DNA from: Limisphaerales bacterium
GTDB taxonomy: Bacteria; Verrucomicrobiota; Verrucomicrobiia; Limisphaerales; SIBE01
DNA length: 49,821 nucleotides
Assembly: GCA_044225505.1 (NCBI GenBank)
Contig: JBGAIN010000042.1
Coordinates: 1-49,821 of the forward strand
Reading direction: 5' to 3'
Under the pieces are notes generated by a model. It was given only the letters and a program-made list of their open reading frames with translations. It was not told where the DNA came from and made no database searches. How positions within the stretch are numbered: the stretch's first letter is position 1; each line of letters begins with the position of its first letter. Below are positions 36,420 to 46,800 of this stretch, piece by piece. The position numbers and the translations under genes were made by a program.

Positions 36420-38974
36420 AAGCGATCTTCCTTTTGAGCCCGGTCATGCTCTTGCTCTTGAAATGGAGTTTGCTCCTGGGGGTCGGCTGGGTCGGGCAAG
36501 CTCTGCTGCGGAGTCAACACCCACGAGCTCGGCTGGTGCTTTGGCGGATCGTGCTGACGGCGAGTTGCCTCCTGCCGTTCTGGAGTTGGATACCGGCGAC
36601 CAGCGTTCAGATTCCAGTAGCTGTCGAGGCAGAATGGGGACAACTGCCGGTGCAATTTTCGAAGGCAGAAGTCATGGAGTCCGCATCTCCGGCGCCCGCC
36701 CAACAAGACACTCCGAAAGTTGCCGCGTCCATCGGGATCGACCGGCAGGACGCGTCCGCAGTTCCACACGCACGATCTGATTCGATGGATGGAGTGAGGT
36801 TGCTCGGCTGGTTCTGGGCGGCGGGTGTGTTGCTCACCGCGATCAAGCTTCTGATCGCTGGGGTTCAGCTGAGGCGGTTGCGGGCGTCGGCGACACCGGG
36901 CAGTTCGCTGCAGCAGGCGATTGTGAACGAGATCGCTGCGGAGTTCCGGCTACGCTCTAGAGTGGGGGTTTTCCAAGGAACCGGGTTCCGATCGCCTTTT
37001 GTATGCGGGATAATCCGTCCGGCGGTGATGCTGCCGCGTGACTTGACTCTTTCGGAGAACAAGCTGCGGGCACTGCTGCGGCACGAATTGGCGCATGTGT
37101 GTCAGCGGGATGTGCTCTGGCATCTGGGCTGGAAAATGTGCTGCGCGGTGGGTTGGTTTCATCCGTTGATCTGGGGGGTGCCAAAAGCGCATCAAACGGC
37201 GTTCGAAGAGGCGGCTGATCGCATGGCTTCGGGTGACGGGGAAAGTCGGGCGGACTATGCACGCCTGCTCGCGGAGATGGGCCTCCGTGCGGCCGGCGTG
37301 CCGGTGAAAGAGACGGGGTTGGCTTTGCACGCGACATCGCAATTAGCGCAGCGCCTGCAACGGTTGCTTCACGAGCCATTGGGAATGTGGAGTTGGCGAC
37401 GGGCATTCGGAATGTATCTCTGCGTTACGGTGATCGCTTGGATTGCCTCCAGTTGGAGTCTGGTCGAACGTTCTGCCCTCGGCGCTCCGGCTTCAGCTCG
37501 CGCCGGCGCTTCGGGAACCCGGATCTTGCGGATCGTGGTGCAGGACGAGCAAGGCCGGCCGGTGGAGGGCGCCACCGTCNNNNNNNNNNNNNNNNNNNNN
37601 NNNNNNNNNNNNNNNNNNNNNTGGGATCGCGCCACTCGCCCGACCCTGACCACGGATATAGAAGGGGTGGCCGAGTTGCCTTATCCCATCGTCGCCATGC
37701 CGAAGGAGAAGCTTCTCACTGGCGAGATCAGTTTCATGGTCAAACACCCGGAGTACTGTCCGACGACCGAGCATATCGCAGTGGATCATCCGGGGCCGAT
37801 CACGATGCACCGTGGCTTGACCTTGGAAGTGTCTGGGGTTTTTGGGCCGAATTCAGAACCTGTAATGGACCTGCAGCTAAATTTGAGCGGCGAGCCGGCG
37901 GTATTGTGGATCACCAACGCGGTCGGACATCGGATATGCCACCAGGTCTCACGCGGCGGACACGTGTTGCAGGCCATGGGACGATTGGGATCGGGCCAGC
38001 TCGTTTATAGTGACGGAGTGGACTTTACGAGTGAGCCAGGGCAGAACGACGATGTGCTCCGGGGCCTGGATCTGACGGAGAGCCAAGGGAAAATCTCGGC
38101 CCGCAGAAACACCGCGAATATGACGCTGTCGCGGGAAGGCGGAGACATTCGCGCGGCGGGACCTGAGCGGGGGTTCCACTTAACGTTGGTCATGCGGCCA
38201 GGGATCCGCCTGGAAGGTCGCCTGGACAAGGCGGTGTTGCGCCCCGTGAAGCAAGGACGGGTCGTGATTAGCGTCCGGTCGAAACAGTTCCCGGCGTATT
38301 TAGTGCCCGAAGAAGGAGGCGATTTATATTGGCGCTATGGCCGATTCCAATTCTGGACGAGTTATCGTCCGATTGCTGAAGATGGGACCTTTGTTTTCGA
38401 ATCGATACCTCCCGGGGAAGTAGATGTTCTCGTGCACGGCGAGGGTTTTGCATCGCGGAATGGGGGTAAGGCCCACAACCGTCCCGTCAACTCGAGTCCA
38501 TTGGTGATCGGCGTGCCGCAAGCATTTGAGCTGCATGAACCGGTGACCCAAATTCAAGTCGAGACAGAAGCGACCGCAACCATTGATGTCGTTGTGAAGA
38601 CCCAGAAGGGCGAACCCGTCTCGGGCGCACAGGTGTCGACTTGGCCAAACGTGATGCGGCTGCAAACGGGAATATTCGGTGGTGTCAATCACTCCAGTGA
38701 GACTTCATTTCGAGAAGTTGAGTCGTTATCCGATATGTCCGAGTTTTACACGGGGCGGACGGATTCGAAAGGGCACGTCGTTTTGCGCAACGTGCCAGCG
38801 GTGGCCCGCGTTCTTGACGTAGAACATCCGGAATTTGAGGTCCCATTGCCTGTGCCAAAGGGGCAAGGAATGCAGGATCGATCGGTTCGATTTCGTTTGG
38901 AACCTGGGAAACTCACGGCCCTGGCCATTGTTGTGCAGCGCAAAGGGCGAGAGTTTTTGGGAGACGCAAAATAG
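36416..38974 (+). CDS. M56 (BlaR1-like) metallopeptidase/sensor with C-terminal carboxypeptidase-regulatory-like domains
   Basis: TM helices, SPFVCGIIRP, HELAH zinc motif, WFHPLIW, E.AAD; V.DEQGRPVEGATV-type repeats; N gap at 37580-37621. Confidence 0.9.
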   Translation: MKAIFLLSPVMLLLLKWSLLLGVGWVGQALLRSQHPRARLVLWRIVLTASCLLPFWSWIPATSVQIPVAVEAEWGQLPVQFSKAEVMESASPAPAQQDTPKVAASIGIDRQDASAVPHARSDSMDGVRLLGWFWAAGVLLTAIKLLIAGVQLRRLRASATPGSSLQQAIVNEIAAEFRLRSRVGVFQGTGFRSPFVCGIIRPAVMLPRDLTLSENKLRALLRHELAHVCQRDVLWHLGWKMCCAVGWFHPLIWGVPKAHQTAFEEAADRMASGDGESRADYARLLAEMGLRAAGVPVKETGLALHATSQLAQRLQRLLHEPLGMWSWRRAFGMYLCVTVIAWIASSWSLVERSALGAPASARAGASGTRILRIVVQDEQGRPVEGATVXXXXXXXXXXXXXXWDRATRPTLTTDIEGVAELPYPIVAMPKEKLLTGEISFMVKHPEYCPTTEHIAVDHPGPITMHRGLTLEVSGVFGPNSEPVMDLQLNLSGEPAVLWITNAVGHRICHQVSRGGHVLQAMGRLGSGQLVYSDGVDFTSEPGQNDDVLRGLDLTESQGKISARRNTANMTLSREGGDIRAAGPERGFHLTLVMRPGIRLEGRLDKAVLRPVKQGRVVISVRSKQFPAYLVPEEGGDLYWRYGRFQFWTSYRPIAEDGTFVFESIPPGEVDVLVHGEGFASRNGGKAHNRPVNSSPLVIGVPQAFELHEPVTQIQVETEATATIDVVVKTQKGEPVSGAQVSTWPNVMRLQTGIFGGVNHSSETSFREVESLSDMSEFYTGRTDSKGHVVLRNVPAVARVLDVEHPEFEVPLPVPKGQGMQDRSVRFRLEPGKLTALAIVVQRKGREFLGDAK

Positions 38975-39245
38975 CTAACCATTTTAATATCGGGCGCGCG
39001 TGGGCCGCCCAGGATCAGTTGCACAATTTTATGAGGCGTAGGTCCCGGCGTGCTAACCCTGGAGACGCGGGCTGTGTCTATAGTCCGGTTTGCCATTCCG
39101 GATTGGAAGCGCGGTTTTGGACAACGGACTCGTGGTGGAACGGTTCTGAAACGCCGAGACTTGGGCTTTGAATCTCGCGACAGATACCGCTTGAGTCTGG
39201 ATAAAAGTAACTTCGAGATTTCTACTCCAGGCTATCGGAAGACGC

Positions 39246-39273
39246 TTGACTTTGCGGGGCATATCCCTAGTCT
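39246..39273 (+). promoter_or_regulatory. Putative sigma70 promoter of the ilv leader
   Basis: TTGACT-N16-TAGTCT. Confidence 0.5.
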
Positions 39274-39281
39274 TCGCCGCG

Positions 39282-39356
39282 ATGATGCTGAGTGGACAAG
39301 TCGTCGTATCGGTTACCGCCCTGGTAGGCGGTGCCGTGGCTTCTTGTCGCCTCTGA
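39282..39356 (+). CDS. ilvB attenuator leader peptide MMLSGQVVVSVTALVGGAVASCRL
   Basis: 24 codons with 6 Val (including GTC GTC GTA) and 3 Leu, immediately before a terminator and ilvB. Confidence 0.8.
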   Translation: MMLSGQVVVSVTALVGGAVASCRL

Positions 39357-39372
39357 TCAAAAAGATTTCGAC

Positions 39373-39412
39373 AAAAACCCACGGCCGCAACCCGGTCGTG
39401 GGTTTTTTGTTT
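39373..39412 (+). terminator. Attenuator (intrinsic terminator) of the ilvB leader
   Basis: CCCACGGCCG / CGGTCGTGGG stem followed by TTTTTTGTTT; GCCGTGG in the leader is complementary to the 5' arm (antiterminator). Confidence 0.85.
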
Positions 39413-39446
39413 GCCCGCGATCATCGGCCCCCATATAAGGACAAAA

Positions 39447-41309
39447 ATGAGCACAAATACTCCGAGGGCGCAGAGCAAAGCCCCCGCCACTGCTGAGCGT
39501 AGTGAAGTTGGACAACCGATGTTGGGTAGCGACATCTTGGTTGCGTGTTTGGAACGTGAAGGAGTGGAAGTTATCTTTGCTTACCCGGGCGGCGCCAGCA
39601 TGGAGATTCACCAGGCGCTGACGCGCTCGAAGATTCGAACGATTTTGCCGCGGCACGAGCAGGGCGGAGCGTTTGCTGCGGAAGGCTACGCCCGAGCCTC
39701 GGGCAAGGTCGGAGTTTGCATGGCGACGAGCGGCCCAGGCGCCACGAACCTGGTGTCCGGGATCGCCGATGCCTATATGGACTCCATTCCACTTGTGGCT
39801 ATCACCGGTCAGGTTCCGCAAGCGATGATTGGTAAAGGCGCCTTCCAGGAGACCGACATCTTTGGGGTCACCTTGCCCATCGTGAAACACAGTTATCTGG
39901 TCACGGACATCAACGATATTCCGAGGATTGTTAAAGAGGCCTTCTATATTGCGAGCACGGGGCGGCCAGGCCCGGTGATTATTGACGTGCCGAAAAACGT
40001 GCAGCAAGCGCGCACGCAACCGGTGTTCCCCAAGGAAGTGCACCTTCGGGGGTATTCGCCCGAGAAGAAAGCCGATGATCTTGCCCTAAATGAGATTATT
40101 GGGCTGATTGAGAAATCGGAACGGCCGGTCCTCTACATTGGCGGTGGCATTATTAGCAGCAACGCTTCCAATGAATTGCGCCAATTTGCAGAAGCGACTG
40201 GGATCCCTGTGGTCTCAACGATCATGGGTTGCGGGGCATTTCCTGAAACTCATCCTTTGTCCTTGCGCTGGTTAGGGATGCATGGCACGGCCTATGGTAA
40301 CTGGGCCGTCAGCGGCGAATTTCAAAAGCAAGGTGAGCAGATGGTTCAGTTGGCTGCCGGAGCAGATCTTTTGCTGGCCTTTGGCGTTCGATTCGACGAC
40401 CGCGTGACGGGCAAAGTCGATAAGTTCTGCGAGCACGGCACCATTGTGCATATCGATATCGACGCATCCGAAATCAACAAGAACAAGCCCGCCAACTTGC
40501 CGATCATCAGCGATATCAAGGACGCTTTGGTTAAGTTAAATTCCCTTGTGGCAGCGCGGCCAATCAAGAAGAAGTTCGATCTCTGGCATAAGCAAATCGC
40601 GGTTTGGAAGGAGAAGGCGCCTTTGAGGTATGCGGTGACCGAAGAAGTCCTCCGCTCGCAGCACGTGCGCGATTTTATGGGAGGCGATGCTAGCCAGGTT
40701 ATTCTGCCGCAAATGGCGATCGAAGCTCTCTATGAGCTGACTCGAGGGGAGGCCATCATTACCACCGGCGTGGGCCAACATCAGATGTGGAGCGGGCAAT
40801 TTTACAAATACAAATTCCCACGGCAATTGCTGACGAGCGCCGGATTGGGGGCCATGGGCTACGGATACCCGGCTGCGATTGGGGCTAAGGTGGCGTGTCC
40901 GGACCGCCAGGTGATCGATATTGACGGCGATGGTTCGTTCTTAATGAATGTTCAAGAGTTGGCCACCGCGCACATCGAAAAGATCGCCGCTAAAGCAATG
41001 ATCTTGAACAATCAACACTTGGGTATGGTGGTGCAGTGGGAGGACCGTTTCTATCAGGGGAACCGAGGACACACTTATTTGGGTGATCCGGGCAATATGA
41101 AGCAGATCTATCCTGATTACATCGCGATGGCCAAGAGCTTCAACATCCCGTGTGAGCGCGTCATCTATAAAAAAGACCTCCGCGCTGCCATCCAGCGCAT
41201 GTTGGATTCGGACCAACCTTACTTGCTCGACGTGATCGTCCCCTATACGGAACACGTTCTGCCATTCATTCCCGCCGGCCGGACGGTGCGAGAAATGATC
41301 TATCAGTAG
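39447..41309 (+). CDS. ilvB: Acetolactate synthase large subunit (biosynthetic)
   Basis: [45 protein letters not shown] motifs; AAGGA SD before the ATG at 39447. Confidence 0.96.
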   Translation: MSTNTPRAQSKAPATAERSEVGQPMLGSDILVACLEREGVEVIFAYPGGASMEIHQALTRSKIRTILPRHEQGGAFAAEGYARASGKVGVCMATSGPGATNLVSGIADAYMDSIPLVAITGQVPQAMIGKGAFQETDIFGVTLPIVKHSYLVTDINDIPRIVKEAFYIASTGRPGPVIIDVPKNVQQARTQPVFPKEVHLRGYSPEKKADDLALNEIIGLIEKSERPVLYIGGGIISSNASNELRQFAEATGIPVVSTIMGCGAFPETHPLSLRWLGMHGTAYGNWAVSGEFQKQGEQMVQLAAGADLLLAFGVRFDDRVTGKVDKFCEHGTIVHIDIDASEINKNKPANLPIISDIKDALVKLNSLVAARPIKKKFDLWHKQIAVWKEKAPLRYAVTEEVLRSQHVRDFMGGDASQVILPQMAIEALYELTRGEAIITTGVGQHQMWSGQFYKYKFPRQLLTSAGLGAMGYGYPAAIGAKVACPDRQVIDIDGDGSFLMNVQELATAHIEKIAAKAMILNNQHLGMVVQWEDRFYQGNRGHTYLGDPGNMKQIYPDYIAMAKSFNIPCERVIYKKDLRAAIQRMLDSDQPYLLDVIVPYTEHVLPFIPAGRTVREMIYQ

Positions 41310-41418
41310 GCAGGGTTGTCGCGCTCTCATCGCCTCCCGTTCAATCTCAAACGGATCTCGTCCTTGGATCAATTGGTCAGGGACGGGATTCCCGTGAGGC
41401 CGGTGAGGAGTCCATTTT

Positions 41419-42447
41419 ATGTCGTCACCCGCTCGTGTAGCAGTGGTTGGAACGGGTTCGCTTGGCAAAGAGCATGCCCGAATCTACGCGGAACTTGCCG
41501 CCGCCGGCTTGGTCCGGTTCGTTGGTGTATTTGACGTATCGCAAGAGGCCGCACAGCGGGTTGCGGAGCGACATCGGGTCCAAGCTTTCGCTTCGATTGA
41601 GGAACTTGCGGTGGCAAGTGATGCGCTGAGCGTCGTCACACCAACTTCAACTCATTTTACCCTGGCAAAAACCCTTTTGGCCCAAGGGAAGCATCTACTT
41701 GTCGAAAAGCCAATGACCGATAGCGCGGCGCAAGCGGCGGAGCTTGTGCAACTAGCTCAACAGAAAGCGTGCATTCTGCAGGTGGGTCATGTCGAACGGT
41801 TCAATCCAGTGTTTAAGTACCTGGAAAGCGCGGCGGCGCGCCCGCGATTTATCGAAACGCATCGACTTTCGCCGTATCCAGCCAGGAGCACGGACATCGG
41901 AGTCGTGCTGGATCTAATGATTCACGACTTGGATGTGGTGCTGGCATTCGTAAAGTCGCCTCTGACGCAGGTAGATGCGGTGGGGATTCCAGTGCTGAGT
42001 GCGACCGAAGATATCGCCAACGCCCGCCTTCGGTTTGCCGACGGTTGCGTCGCCAATCTGACAGCGAGCCGAGTCAGTCCCGAACGGATGCGAAAGATTC
42101 GGGTTTTCAGTGCGGGTCCAGAAACCAGTTACATTTCATTGGATTCTCGCGCGCAGGAAGGGTTCATCTATCGCATCGCACGCGATGGGGAAGAGGAATC
42201 ATCGTTGCTGCGGAAGCTGTTAGCCTCCAAAGATTCCACGGTCGTGAGCCAATTCGGCGGTAAGCGGATCGTGAGGGAGCCAGTGCCGATTGCCAAGGAA
42301 GAGCCGCTGAAAGTGGAACTGCAGAGCTTGTGCAGTGTGTCTCCGAGCGAAGGCTCCATTAGTGAGTGGGCCAAGCGGAGCTGGACGTTGCCTTTGAGAT
42401 TACGCGCGGCAAATCGGCCATCAACCGCTAACGCAGCTCTTGGATAA
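41419..42447 (+). CDS. Gfo/Idh/MocA oxidoreductase, GnnA-like (putative UDP-GlcNAc 3-dehydrogenase); 3' end probably corrupted by indels
   Basis: GTGSLGKEH, LVEKP, VGHVERFNP, VVLDLMIHDLD, DIANARL, ANLTASRVS motifs; directly upstream of lpxB. Confidence 0.8.
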   Translation: MSSPARVAVVGTGSLGKEHARIYAELAAAGLVRFVGVFDVSQEAAQRVAERHRVQAFASIEELAVASDALSVVTPTSTHFTLAKTLLAQGKHLLVEKPMTDSAAQAAELVQLAQQKACILQVGHVERFNPVFKYLESAAARPRFIETHRLSPYPARSTDIGVVLDLMIHDLDVVLAFVKSPLTQVDAVGIPVLSATEDIANARLRFADGCVANLTASRVSPERMRKIRVFSAGPETSYISLDSRAQEGFIYRIARDGEEESSLLRKLLASKDSTVVSQFGGKRIVREPVPIAKEEPLKVELQSLCSVSPSEGSISEWAKRSWTLPLRLRAANRPSTANAALG

Positions 42448-42496
42448 TCCCAAGCGCAGGGGCTGGCGCCCACAATGGAGAGCCCAGTGAGCTCGT

Positions 42497-43732
42497 ATGG
42501 TGCCCAAATCATTCATGTTGGTGGCGGGTGAACCCAGTGGCGACCTTTTGGGCGCAGAACTGGTGACAGCGTTACGGGCACACCTTACCGCGAATCCCTC
42601 GTGGCCTGGTGATGACTATCAGCCGCGGCACACGAGTCTTGCACCGACGTTTTTCGGGGCGGGGGGGCCTGCCATGGAACGAGCGGGAGTCCAACTGAGC
42701 GTGGACATGACACAACACGCGGTCGTCGGGCTGTGGGAGGTGCTTAAGAAATACAGGCAATTCCGCCGACTGTTCCAGCAGCTACTCAAGCAAGCCTTTC
42801 GAGAGCTGCCGGATGTTTTGATTTGTATCGATTTCTCAGGATTTAACCTCCGTTTTGCCCGAGCGGTGCGCGCCCAAGTGCGAAACTCCGCCGGGGCATT
42901 TGGCAACTGGCGCCCTCGAATTGTGCAGTACGTTTCGCCGCAGGTGTGGGCTTCCCGAGCTCGACGTGCGGAATCGTTGGCTCGGGATTTCGATCTTCTC
43001 TTGAGCGTCATCCCGTTCGAGCGGGACTGGTACGCAGCACACCAACCCCAATTGGCCGTGGAATTCGTGGGGCATCCCCTCGTTGATCGACTGGCCGGAG
43101 CGGATCTGGCAAATCGGAAGGCCGACTCTCAAAGCCAGACTTCTGCGCCCCTCCTGCTCTTGTTGCCAGGGAGCCGGGTGGGAGAACTGCGCCGGCATTT
43201 ACCGGCTATGCTCGAGGCTTTCCGGAGGGTCAAGGCATCCGCGCCAGAATTGGACGGGGTGATGGTTTTGCCCAGCGAGCAGCTGTTGACATTGGCTCGA
43301 ACTTTCGGCTTGCCCGACACCCTGAGGGTTGTGGTTGGCAATTTGCCGAACTACCTGGCGCGGGCGGATATTGCCCTCGCATCGACCGGCACCGTAACAT
43401 TGGAGTGTGCTTTCTACGGAGTGCCGACCGTGGCCCTTTACCGCACCTCCTGGACTACCTACCAGATCGCGAAGCATCTGGTTCAAGTGAAGCATCTGGC
43501 CATGCCCAATTTGCTGGCTCGCGAGACGGTTTTCCCGGAGTTCATCCAGAACGCGGCAAGTCCCGAGAATTTGAGTCGGGCGGTGTTGGATCTATGGCGA
43601 AATCCGGGCGAACGCCTTCGGATTCGAGAGCGTTTGGCGAATGTCGTTCAGACGCTCGGGACAGCTGGCGCCAGTGATCGCGCGGCTGCGGCTGTGCTCG
43701 CGCTATTGGGAAATTCCCAGCCTCGAATTTGA
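42497..43732 (+). CDS. lpxB: Lipid-A-disaccharide synthase
   Basis: AGEPSGDLLGA, IDFSGFN, YVSPQVWA, FVGHPL, LPGSR..E, GTVTLE, MPNLLA...PEFIQ motifs. Confidence 0.96.
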   Translation: MVPKSFMLVAGEPSGDLLGAELVTALRAHLTANPSWPGDDYQPRHTSLAPTFFGAGGPAMERAGVQLSVDMTQHAVVGLWEVLKKYRQFRRLFQQLLKQAFRELPDVLICIDFSGFNLRFARAVRAQVRNSAGAFGNWRPRIVQYVSPQVWASRARRAESLARDFDLLLSVIPFERDWYAAHQPQLAVEFVGHPLVDRLAGADLANRKADSQSQTSAPLLLLLPGSRVGELRRHLPAMLEAFRRVKASAPELDGVMVLPSEQLLTLARTFGLPDTLRVVVGNLPNYLARADIALASTGTVTLECAFYGVPTVALYRTSWTTYQIAKHLVQVKHLAMPNLLARETVFPEFIQNAASPENLSRAVLDLWRNPGERLRIRERLANVVQTLGTAGASDRAAAAVLALLGNSQPRI

Positions 43733-43807
43733 GTTTGATCCCCCTTGAAAGGAGCTGTTCGAGGAATGAAAAGGGTGCATTCACCCTGGCTCAGCGACCT
43801 TAATTTC

Positions 43808-43836
43808 TTGACATAAGCACGTCTTGTTGTTTCAAT
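43808..43836 (+). promoter_or_regulatory. Putative sigma70 promoter of the giant LEPR-xLL gene
   Basis: TTGACA-N17-TTCAAT, 12 nt before the ATG at 43849. Confidence 0.55.
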
Positions 43837-43848
43837 GCGCGCACCCGT

Positions 43849-46800
43849 ATGGCGAAGGGTGACGTGGATTTTCGGCTAGAAGCGCTTGAACCAAGATTGC
43901 TGCTTTCGGCAGACCTTGGGTCCATTTCGTCCCTTTCAGCTCAACCCCAAAACGCCGAGTACACCGCCGTGGTGTCGACGTTAGACGCGACCGTTCAAAC
44001 GGTCGCTGCGATCTCCAGCGACAGTGCTGAAGGTCAGCTCCAGGACATCTTTGGGGACCTGGCGGACGACGGTGAAGATTTGGTCGTCACTGAGGAAGAT
44101 TCCGGGGCTGTTACTGAGGAAAATTCCGGTCAAAAATCAGATGCTGAAAGAGAAGTTTTACAGCCATCCGGAGCGGTAACGGAAGTGGTCCTCGCGGAGA
44201 TTTCCGAACCAGCTTTGGTCGTCGCTGAAACGCAGACGGAGGCCTCTGAAACTCCAAGTACTTTGAGTGCTTCTGGCGTGGATTCGGGAGTGACATTGAC
44301 CGTTGCTCCACCCCCCGCGGCCGATGTGATTTCGACGTCAGAGATTTTAACGGAAACGTTGCATTCGGCGAACGCACCGCCCGTTTTGGAGAGTGCAAAG
44401 GAAGCAACTTCGCTAATTCTCGGAGCAGGCGAAGTGCTTGGTGGTAAAGGCTCTCCGAATTTGGATGTAGATAACAAGGCAGGGTTGGTAAGCCCAGGCT
44501 TCTCTCCTGGTGTTCTTAACGTCAATAACTACACGCAAGGACCTGATGCGTCCGAACTGATTGAAATTAACGGCTGGAATGCAACAAATACCCCCGTTGT
44601 TTACGATCAGATTATAGCTTCTGGCAACGTCACCCTCGATGGCACTTTAAAGATCAAATTGACCGGATTTACCCCCGTCGCCGGACAAACCTTTTCGATC
44701 GTTAAATGGGGCGGAGTTCGCGTCGGAGAATTTGCCAATTATCTTGGGACGACAATACCGGGAAATAACCAACTCGCTTTGGTGCCCGAATATGACGACG
44801 CAACCAAGGAACTCCGGTTGCGAGTGGTCAATACCGAGGCTGTCGCGGTCGAGGTAGAACGGGCACTGCGTGACGTGGCCGATCTCGCGGGCAATCTCCT
44901 CAACCTCTCCCTGCCCGGCGCAACGACGCTTCCTCTCATTGGCAGCAAGATCAAAGATATCCTCGACGCCAAGAAAATGGTGGAAGACACGATCAAGGCA
45001 AAGATCCTCGCTTTGATCGGGAGCATCCCGAGCCAGGCCCAGGTCACCAAAGAGATCGAGAACCTGGAAGGTCAGACCTTCGGAAACTTCAGCGTCACGG
45101 TTCAATCGGTGCTCGGACATTATAGCAAACCTTCCGACCCCAACATTTTCTACTCTTGGGACGTTAAGATCACATTGAAGGAAAACGACCTGACTGATTT
45201 GCTGGCCACGGGGCTGAACACCGTTTTTGATTTTCTGTTTGGGGCCGGATCGAAAGTGACCCTTGAGAATACCTTGGAGTTGGACTTCTCCTTCGGCTAC
45301 GACGACAACGATGGAAATGTTCTGACTCCGAATGCGTTCGTAGACCTGCGATCGATCACACCACGGACCAAGGCAGTCGCTGCGAATTTAAACCCCCTCC
45401 AATTCGCGCCTGGCTGGTTGACCGGGAATCCGTTGACCAACATTGCTGCCACCGCTTCCATCACGTTCGAAGCTTTCATTAAGTTTACGCCCGATCCGAA
45501 CGTGTTCCCGGGCGGACATTGGCTGTCCACTCAGCCGGCGACGCTGCCGAGCCTGGCTAATTTTACTCACACCCAAGGATCTTCCTTGGACGCGACGATT
45601 GTTCTGAACGCCTCCTTGAACGACCCGAACAATCTCTGGGCTCCCTTTACGTTCGCGAAGTATACCGGCACCCATACCTTGCATATCGTCGACCTGGACC
45701 TATTCGACAACGTAAAACCGGATGTGACCCTGATCGTGGATGGGGACCTCCTGGTTTTCGGCCAGAAGCTGACCGGTGTGTTTACGTTCAAGAAATCTGG
45801 CGCATCGACCGACATTGCGATCGACGCTGTCATCTCCAATCTGGAGTTGAAGCTTACGGTCGGAGTTGGCCCCGAATTGCGTATCTTGAAAGCTACCGGA
45901 ACGGGCAACTTCCTGATGAAGGCTAACGGAGACCTTGCTGGAATCGCTTCTCTGACCATCGCGCCTGGAAACGGACCTCAGATTCCCAATATTGACGACT
46001 TTTCCGGAACCTTCACCTTGACGTTCAACGGAGCCAACACGGCGAGCAACGTTCCTTTACCCAACAATCAGTCCGTCATCATCCCCGGCGGTGGCCCCTA
46101 CTATCGGATCGATGGTCAAAACGTGACCCTGGATTTGGGAATCCCCGACATCGTGCTGCATGCGACGAAATTCACGTTCGAGCCGATCGACACCACTCCA
46201 GGTAATCCTAATGATAACCAGCAGGATGTCGTCGTCGCGGTGCAGGGGCTCTCTTTTGACTTCACCCTCCCGGGAAACAACAAGCTCGTCTCACTGAGCA
46301 ACGGCACGGGAGTTCTGCTCCTCACCCGTATTGGGGCCGAGTCCGGCATGGTCCTCGACATCACCTCCGCAACGGTCACCGTCGATATTTTTGGCATTGC
46401 AGGCTTAACCGGCCAGTTCAGTGCGGCGCTGAACGATTTTACTCAGCCAATCAATCGGCCTGTCAAAGTCCTCGGAGTTAATAAAGTCCTGAATTTGCCC
46501 GCCGGGAAGTATTTGCGGGTCGAGGCTAAGAGTGCAGCTCTCAGCTTATTAGCTGGCCAGATCGGTAACGCGCTCCAGGTTTCGGGCAACTTCGCCTTTG
46601 AACAGCACGAGACGGTAGCGGACGGGAAGTTTGTGACCGTGGCTTTCAGCCAGGCGCACTTGCCATTCCTGGACGGCGGGGCTCAGCAAGTGCTCATTTT
46701 GGATAACATCAATGGCATTTTCGTCAGTAACGAAAAGGGCATTGCGGGCCAAGCGACCGTCAACAACTTCCAATTCGGTGTTCCAGGCGCGATCGGGTTT

